Origin: Eledone cirrhosa
Taxonomy: Eukaryota
Direction: 5' to 3'
Length of the DNA: 64,000 nucleotides
Assembly: GCA_964016885.1 (NCBI GenBank)
Contig: OZ024743.1
Span: 79,918,001-79,982,000, forward strand
The translations under genes and the position numbers were made by a program. This document shows positions 58,506 to 64,000 of this stretch, piece after piece. Numbering within the stretch: position 1 is the first letter of the stretch; each line of letters opens with the position of its first letter. The notes under the pieces are model-generated. The model was not told the origin of the DNA. It made no database searches and worked only from the letters and a program-made list of their open reading frames with translations.

Positions 58506-58820
58506 ACGTGTTTGCTGTCAGGTTTCGCCATTGGTCGCTATTACCCATCATTCCTAGAAGGGATCCTGTGTTGTGACCAGTCCAGTCTTAAAGTTGACGT
58601 ATCACGATATTCTTTCTCTGTCTCTTCTTTGCCCTCCCTCCACAGTACCCTGAAGGATAGTTTTAGACCAGGGGTTGTGGTGGGATATATGACCAAACCA
58701 GGTAAGCTTTCCTCTTTTCACCATCACAAGGTGTGGTAACTGTCTGACAGCATATTTGTTGCCTAACAAAGCTGTTTGTTGTGTGCTCCGTGTATGGGAT
58801 GTGTACCAATCTTCTGAAGA
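58505..58820 (-). mobile_element. RTE-clade LINE 3' fragment
   Basis: Minus strand VKRGKLTWFGHI...SKTILQGTVEGGQRR, a typical RTE C-terminus. Confidence 0.72.
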
Positions 58821-59571
58821 TTATAGCCTTCTACAATAACGTACCTTTATCTCTGAAAGGTGCCATAGGTATATAATAACTTACCTGTGTAACTGAAAGT
58901 TGAATCAGGCGTTGAAGATTGAAAAGGTTTATATTTACACCTAACAAATGGAATTAAATTATGTACAAAAACCACTGAGATTAAAACAAATAATTGATAC
59001 GTGTTTTATATATAAACTCTCCGTATGTAACACAGTTACAATACCTTACCACTGACAATATATAGAAATGAAATAAATATCGAAACCACTGGAATGGCAG
59101 GAGATTGCATAAACAGTTTCTGGCATTGATTTTTCTTCTCTATGTTGTCGATAAAAGAATTAGTAACGAACTTCACAATACAATAGTGACTACTGTATGG
59201 TGACTATATTGTATGGCGGCGTTGGTGATGGTTTGTTTTGGATGGACAAAAGAAATTAAATAATATACAATAAATCACCACCACCACCATAATAATCATC
59301 ATCATCATCATCATGATTTTCATCATCATTATCATCATGACTTTCATCATCATCATTATCGTCACTACTGTCATCATCATCATTATCATCACCAACATGA
59401 CTATCATCACCAGGACCGCCACCACCACATAACCCCATCACCATCACCAACACCAGCAGCAGTGACAACAATAATATATATGTGAATGATGACGACAATA
59501 ATGGCGACCATGAGTAGCAACAGGAGAGTGGATAGATCACAAAAGTAGTCATTACTAAATAATAGAGAGAC

Positions 59572-59717
<146 letters not shown>

Positions 59718-60037
59718 GACAGACATACAGACAGACACGCAGAATGACAGACGGACATATAGACAGTCAGACAGACAGATACACAGACAGATAGACAGAC
59801 AGATAAAGAGACAAATTTCTGTTTATTTGCCACTAGGGCACAAAAGAAAGGGACATGTACATGGGTGGGGGGAGTTTACATAAAAATCGAGTAAGAAAAA
59901 TATAACAAACAACATAATAACAAGAAGGTCCTCAATAGGGAGGGATCGTTTTGGGGTCACACACACCCCCGAAAAAAAGTGTGCGACCCTTCTCCACGGG
60001 AGCACAAAGAGAGGGTGCTCCCCTCTTTCTGTTCCAC

Positions 60038-63000
60038 CTACAGGCTGAGGTAGAGAGAAGGCCCATTCACACGGGCCATTCTCGCAACTTTCACCCACCT
60101 TTCATAAAACTGGCTGGAGTGGAGCACCTCTCTCTCCATCCTGATCCTTCTTCCGAAATGGTATCGGAAGAAAAGGACCAGTTGTTGGCCGGAGAGAAAG
60201 GTGTCCGACCTCAGCCCTTTCAGACGCGTCCACCATATAGACTCTTTTACCATGGCTATTACACAGAGGAAGACCGCCTCTCCTTCATTTTTGAAGGGGG
60301 GAGGTGGCTTGATCGTTACAATGGACTCGGTGGTCAACCTAATTGGTCCCACCCGTGACAGCAGTTGTTCAACATAGCCCCACAGATCGGCAACGCCCGG
60401 GCAGTGCACCAATGCGTGCGCGACGGTTTCCTCGTCGCGCACGCATCTGGGACAGATCTTTTTCGAGGGGTCCCTACCCGGGCGCCCGTGTCTGTAGAGC
60501 TTATCCCGAACGGGCAGAGCCCCTCGGTAGCACTGCCAGGCCAAGGACTTCTGGAAGTTGTCCATAGGTCCCGGGCCGAAAGTCCTACCGAATAGACTGG
60601 CCAGTTCGTCCTCCTCCATGCCTAGGGCTTCTCCGAGGGCGTCGTCGCACCCGCTAACCACCAGCCCTCTATAGAATGACGAGGTGGAGTCTCCGTCGAT
60701 AGCCGGGTCCGCCTGCCAGAGAGCCGTGAGCGCCTGGGCACACTCGGTGTGCCAGTCGCCCAGTTTTCTCGGTCTTTGCTTCACCCAGGACTGCAGCTTG
60801 GTGAGCGAGACGAGCCTCGGGAAGGCTCGCCTCACAAACGGGGCCCACACCGGTTGCCCGGTGAGGAATACGTGGAGGTGCCTTAGCCTCAATGCGTGTT
60901 TACGCATTTTTAGCCACGGCATCCCCAGCCCTCCTTTCAAAGGGTGTTGACAGCAGATGGATCTCCTCACTAGAGGAGACCTCTTCTTCCAAAGGAAATA
61001 AAAGAGGGCGCGCTCCATTTTGGCGAGGATCTCACCCGGGCAAGGCACGACAGTCAAGCGGTAATAGATGACGGACGCTATGTAAGCGTTCGCCACCTCC
61101 GCCCGACCTTTTAGGGATAGTTTGCACTCGGCCCACTTCTGGGTCAGTGCAAACACCCTATTCGTCACCTCACCCCAGTTTTTCTCCACCTGGAGGTCCG
61201 GTCCGAACCAGACCCCAAGCAACTTCACCGGGCCCTCCGTCCACCGTCCGACGATACCGTCGCACGACATCGCTTTGCCCCTCCACTCGCCGAGTTGCAA
61301 AGCGACTGACTTGTCCCGGTTCAGCTTAGCCCCTGTCAACCTTTCGTACTCCTCTAGTAAGGTGCCGATTGCCTCGATTTCCGAGGCGGTCGACACCATT
61401 ACTGTTACGTCATCGGCGTAGGCCGACACCGCTTTGCGCAATCCCGGTTCCAAAGGGATGCCCTGCAACAACTCCAACTTCCGCAGTAATGGCTCGAGAG
61501 TCAATACATACAGAAGGGAGGAGAGAGGGCACCCCTGTCGGATGGAGCGGGTGATTTCGAACGGCTCCGAAAGGTAGCCGTTCACCTTGACTCTAGAGCA
61601 GATGCGGCTGCTGTGCATGGCAGTGATCCAGCCCCTGAAAACGGGTCCGAACCCAGCCGCCGCTAGCACCGCATCCAGGTAACCATGGTCCACCCTATCG
61701 AACGCTTTAGACTGATCTAAATTTATCAGGGCCCCACCAAAGCCGGGTTCGTTCCCAACCCTCTCTATGATGTATCGCATGAGGTGGAGGTTGTCGTGGA
61801 TGGACCTGGACGGGATAGCGCATGTCTGCGCATCTCCCACCAGGTTGCCCACGACAAGCGCCAACCTCTTCGCTAACACCTTCGCCAAAATCTTTAACTC
61901 TGCATTTAGCAGAGTTATGGGCCTAAAATTACTAATGTCATCCCCCTTGTTCTCGTCCTTCCTCACTAGCGAGACTACGCCCTTGGTCACAGAACAGGGA
62001 ATTCTCCCGTTCTGTTGCCAGTTGCAGTAGACCGCCTCAAGGAGATCGGGGAACAAGTCCGGCATATTAATATATAGTTCGTAGGGCAGACCATCGAGTC
62101 CTGGAGATTTGCGTTTGCCGCATAGGCTCAGCACGTCCCCTATTTCAGCCGCTGAGATCGGCCCGTCGCAGGACCTCGCCTCCCTGTCCGAAAGACGCGG
62201 CAGGCCGTCGAGGTATGGACCGAAATCCACATCTCCAACCGGCTCCCCGCCCCTCCCGAACAATTGGGCAAAGTGCCTTTGAAAGGCCTCGCACATTTGC
62301 TTAGGTTCAAGGATCAGCCGTCCATCCTGGTCTCGCAAAGACCGGATAGTGGATTTAATCCCACTTTTCGCTTCTGTCACGCGGGCCCAGCTAACAGCTT
62401 TGGTCCCCTCGTTTCCCAGAGCACGTATTTTGCTTCGGACAACGCAGCCTTCGTGTTTCGCGTCGAAGAACTGGTTCAAGACCGTTCTCGACGCTTGCAC
62501 CCTGGCCACGTTGCCGCTTCTCATTGCCTCTTCAACATTAACTACCAACTCCCTTTCCTTCCTATTTCTATCTGAGGCTAACTCCTTACTAACTCCTATT
62601 GAAACTACTCTAATCTCTCTTTTTAGAGAGCCCCACCACCTGTTGTTGACGATGGCGCCCGTCAACTGCTCCTTAACTAAGGTTCTAATCCGGTCCCTGT
62701 AAGCTCTACTTGCCGGTAAGGACAAGTTGAGCTTCCAGTAACCGGGCCCCTGCCTATGCGGTCTATCAAGGTGGACTACGCAGGTCACTAACTTGTGGTC
62801 TGAATAGCCCACCATGAGCATTTCTGGACAACTTAAAAAGTCCCTATCCTTAATTCTAACTAAGAACCTATCTAGGTACGATCTAGATTGACCACTGTTA
62901 TTTGACCAGGTCCAGGTTGGTACAGTCTGAAAATCTAGTCGGTATCTATCGGCCAGGTCGAATCGGCCGATTAACCCCTTAAGGCTGTTGCACCCCCCTC

Positions 63001-63475
63001 TATCGGGACATGCCCCTACATAGTCCCAACGTGCATCTAAGATACCATTCCAGTCCCCCACTAAAAGCAAGGAGCGGGACGTCCCTAGAAAAGTCTCCAG
63101 ACGATGGAAGAAGTCCGACCGCATTGCCCCAAAAGGGGCGTATACGGCGACAAGCCTAAAAGCTTCGCCTTCGCCATTGCCAAGGTCCAGAACCACGAGT
63201 CGACTCTCCGGGTCCAAGTGTACCGTCTGTGTAGCGAGGCCCAGATGTTTTTGCAGCAGAACGACAACCCCACCCCCACCTCCGGGCTGACAGAGAGATG
63301 CGTGCATCTCAAAGTCATCAAAGGTGGGGGTTAGCTGTCGCATGCTGCTGATCCGGGCCTCGCAAATAACCATCACATTTACACATTGTGACCTGAGGTC
63401 ACTTAGAAGTTTAGCTTGCTTCCAAGGTGAGCCCAGGCCACGCGCATTTAGACAACCTACTCTTAAGACAGCCAT
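60038..63475 (-). CDS. Intact Tx1/L1-clade ORF2: APE endonuclease, reverse transcriptase, C-terminal zinc finger (1145 aa)
   Basis: Motifs NARGL, GDWN, YLDRF, SDH, WKLN, KSPGLDG, FRPITLLN, DQSKAFD, QGCPLS, YADD, CPRC...ETVAHALVHC. Confidence 0.96.
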   Translation of the reverse strand: MAVLRVGCLNARGLGSPWKQAKLLSDLRSQCVNVMVICEARISSMRQLTPTFDDFEMHASLCQPGGGGGVVVLLQKHLGLATQTVHLDPESRLVVLDLGNGEGEAFRLVAVYAPFGAMRSDFFHRLETFLGTSRSLLLVGDWNGILDARWDYVGACPDRGGCNSLKGLIGRFDLADRYRLDFQTVPTWTWSNNSGQSRSYLDRFLVRIKDRDFLSCPEMLMVGYSDHKLVTCVVHLDRPHRQGPGYWKLNLSLPASRAYRDRIRTLVKEQLTGAIVNNRWWGSLKREIRVVSIGVSKELASDRNRKERELVVNVEEAMRSGNVARVQASRTVLNQFFDAKHEGCVVRSKIRALGNEGTKAVSWARVTEAKSGIKSTIRSLRDQDGRLILEPKQMCEAFQRHFAQLFGRGGEPVGDVDFGPYLDGLPRLSDREARSCDGPISAAEIGDVLSLCGKRKSPGLDGLPYELYINMPDLFPDLLEAVYCNWQQNGRIPCSVTKGVVSLVRKDENKGDDISNFRPITLLNAELKILAKVLAKRLALVVGNLVGDAQTCAIPSRSIHDNLHLMRYIIERVGNEPGFGGALINLDQSKAFDRVDHGYLDAVLAAAGFGPVFRGWITAMHSSRICSRVKVNGYLSEPFEITRSIRQGCPLSSLLYVLTLEPLLRKLELLQGIPLEPGLRKAVSAYADDVTVMVSTASEIEAIGTLLEEYERLTGAKLNRDKSVALQLGEWRGKAMSCDGIVGRWTEGPVKLLGVWFGPDLQVEKNWGEVTNRVFALTQKWAECKLSLKGRAEVANAYIASVIYYRLTVVPCPGEILAKMERALFYFLWKKRSPLVRRSICCQHPLKGGLGMPWLKMRKHALRLRHLHVFLTGQPVWAPFVRRAFPRLVSLTKLQSWVKQRPRKLGDWHTECAQALTALWQADPAIDGDSTSSFYRGLVVSGCDDALGEALGMEEDELASLFGRTFGPGPMDNFQKSLAWQCYRGALPVRDKLYRHGRPGRDPSKKICPRCVRDEETVAHALVHCPGVADLWGYVEQLLSRVGPIRLTTESIVTIKPPPPFKNEGEAVFLCVIAMVKESIWWTRLKGLRSDTFLSGQQLVLFFRYHFGRRIRMEREVLHSSQFYERWVKVARMARVNGPSLYLSL

Positions 63476-63498
63476 GTTGGTGGCAAAGAAAGAGGCAC

Positions 63499-64000
63499 TT
63501 ACCTCTCTGCGTCCCGGGGTTCGGGTCGCTCAGTTTCCATGGGGCTGGTGGAGGGGTTGATGGGTGGGGTGGTGGTTTGTGGTGGTGTGGGGGTATTAGT
63601 GTGTGGAGGGGTTGGGATCTTTGGAGTTGTGTGGGTGTTTGAGGAGGGGAGGGGAAAACCTTTCAGGAGGACGCGGTTGAGTGGCCTGGTGCAGGGTGGG
63701 CCCACGTCCTCAGGGTACATGTCTTTTAAAGTTTTGAAAATGTCAAGTGGGATTTTCACCATTTTCAGGTTAGGGAGCCCCATTGCCGTTACGAAATTCG
63801 GCCCTTCGGTTTGTATCGAAGGGTTGGTTTCTACTTTTAAAGTTAGGTTTTCATTGTTTTTGTTTATGTATGTGTAGAGTTTTTGTGTTGTTGTGTTTGT
63901 TTTTGCTTGTTGTTGTTGAGTGAGTTTGCGTTTTATTGTCTATGTTGTGTTGTCAGGTGGGGTTATTTTTGTTTGTGTGGTGTGTGTACGTTTTTTTCTT
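63499..64000 (-). CDS. Tx1 ORF1 C-terminal part (partial)
   Basis: LKMVKIPLD...DVGPPCTRPLNRVLLK is homologous to the ORF1 ends of copies A, C, E and G. Confidence 0.78.

Larger units (their letters stand above)
59815..64000 (-). mobile_element. Tx1 LINE copy I (5' end outside window)
   Basis: ORF1 C-terminus, intact ORF2, 3'UTR with AATAAA, degenerate (TATC/TGTC) tail. Confidence 0.97.

Overview
Gene-free, repeat-saturated eukaryotic DNA; the SINE, LINE and microsatellite style suggests an octopus/cephalopod genome (inference). No host protein-coding gene is supportable. Retroelement classes sort by microsatellite type. (i) Nine L1/Tx1-clade LINE copies or fragments; the seven at 30-64 kb lie in (TATC)n/(GATA)n tracts, including a head-to-tail train at 38.6-53.8 kb and one intact 1145-aa ORF2 (60038-63475). 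(ii) R4/Dong-like restriction-endonuclease LINEs chained in (TAA)n (2.8-8.9 kb), plus a separate family in (TACA)n (54.7-56.3 kb). (iii) Many short Penelope-like (PLE) terminal-repeat elements in (TA)n (13-29.5 kb), with about a dozen minimal hammerhead-ribozyme folds and long fold-back palindromes, several centred on ribozyme stem II. Also present: tRNA-derived SINEs, a TcMar MITE, CR1/L2 and RTE 3' fragments, a 41-bp minisatellite grown from an RTE tail, and an isolated 28S rRNA fragment. All six Tx1 ORF1/ORF2 junctions carry a GTRAGT splice-donor consensus at the ORF1 stop. All alignments and folds were done by eye.
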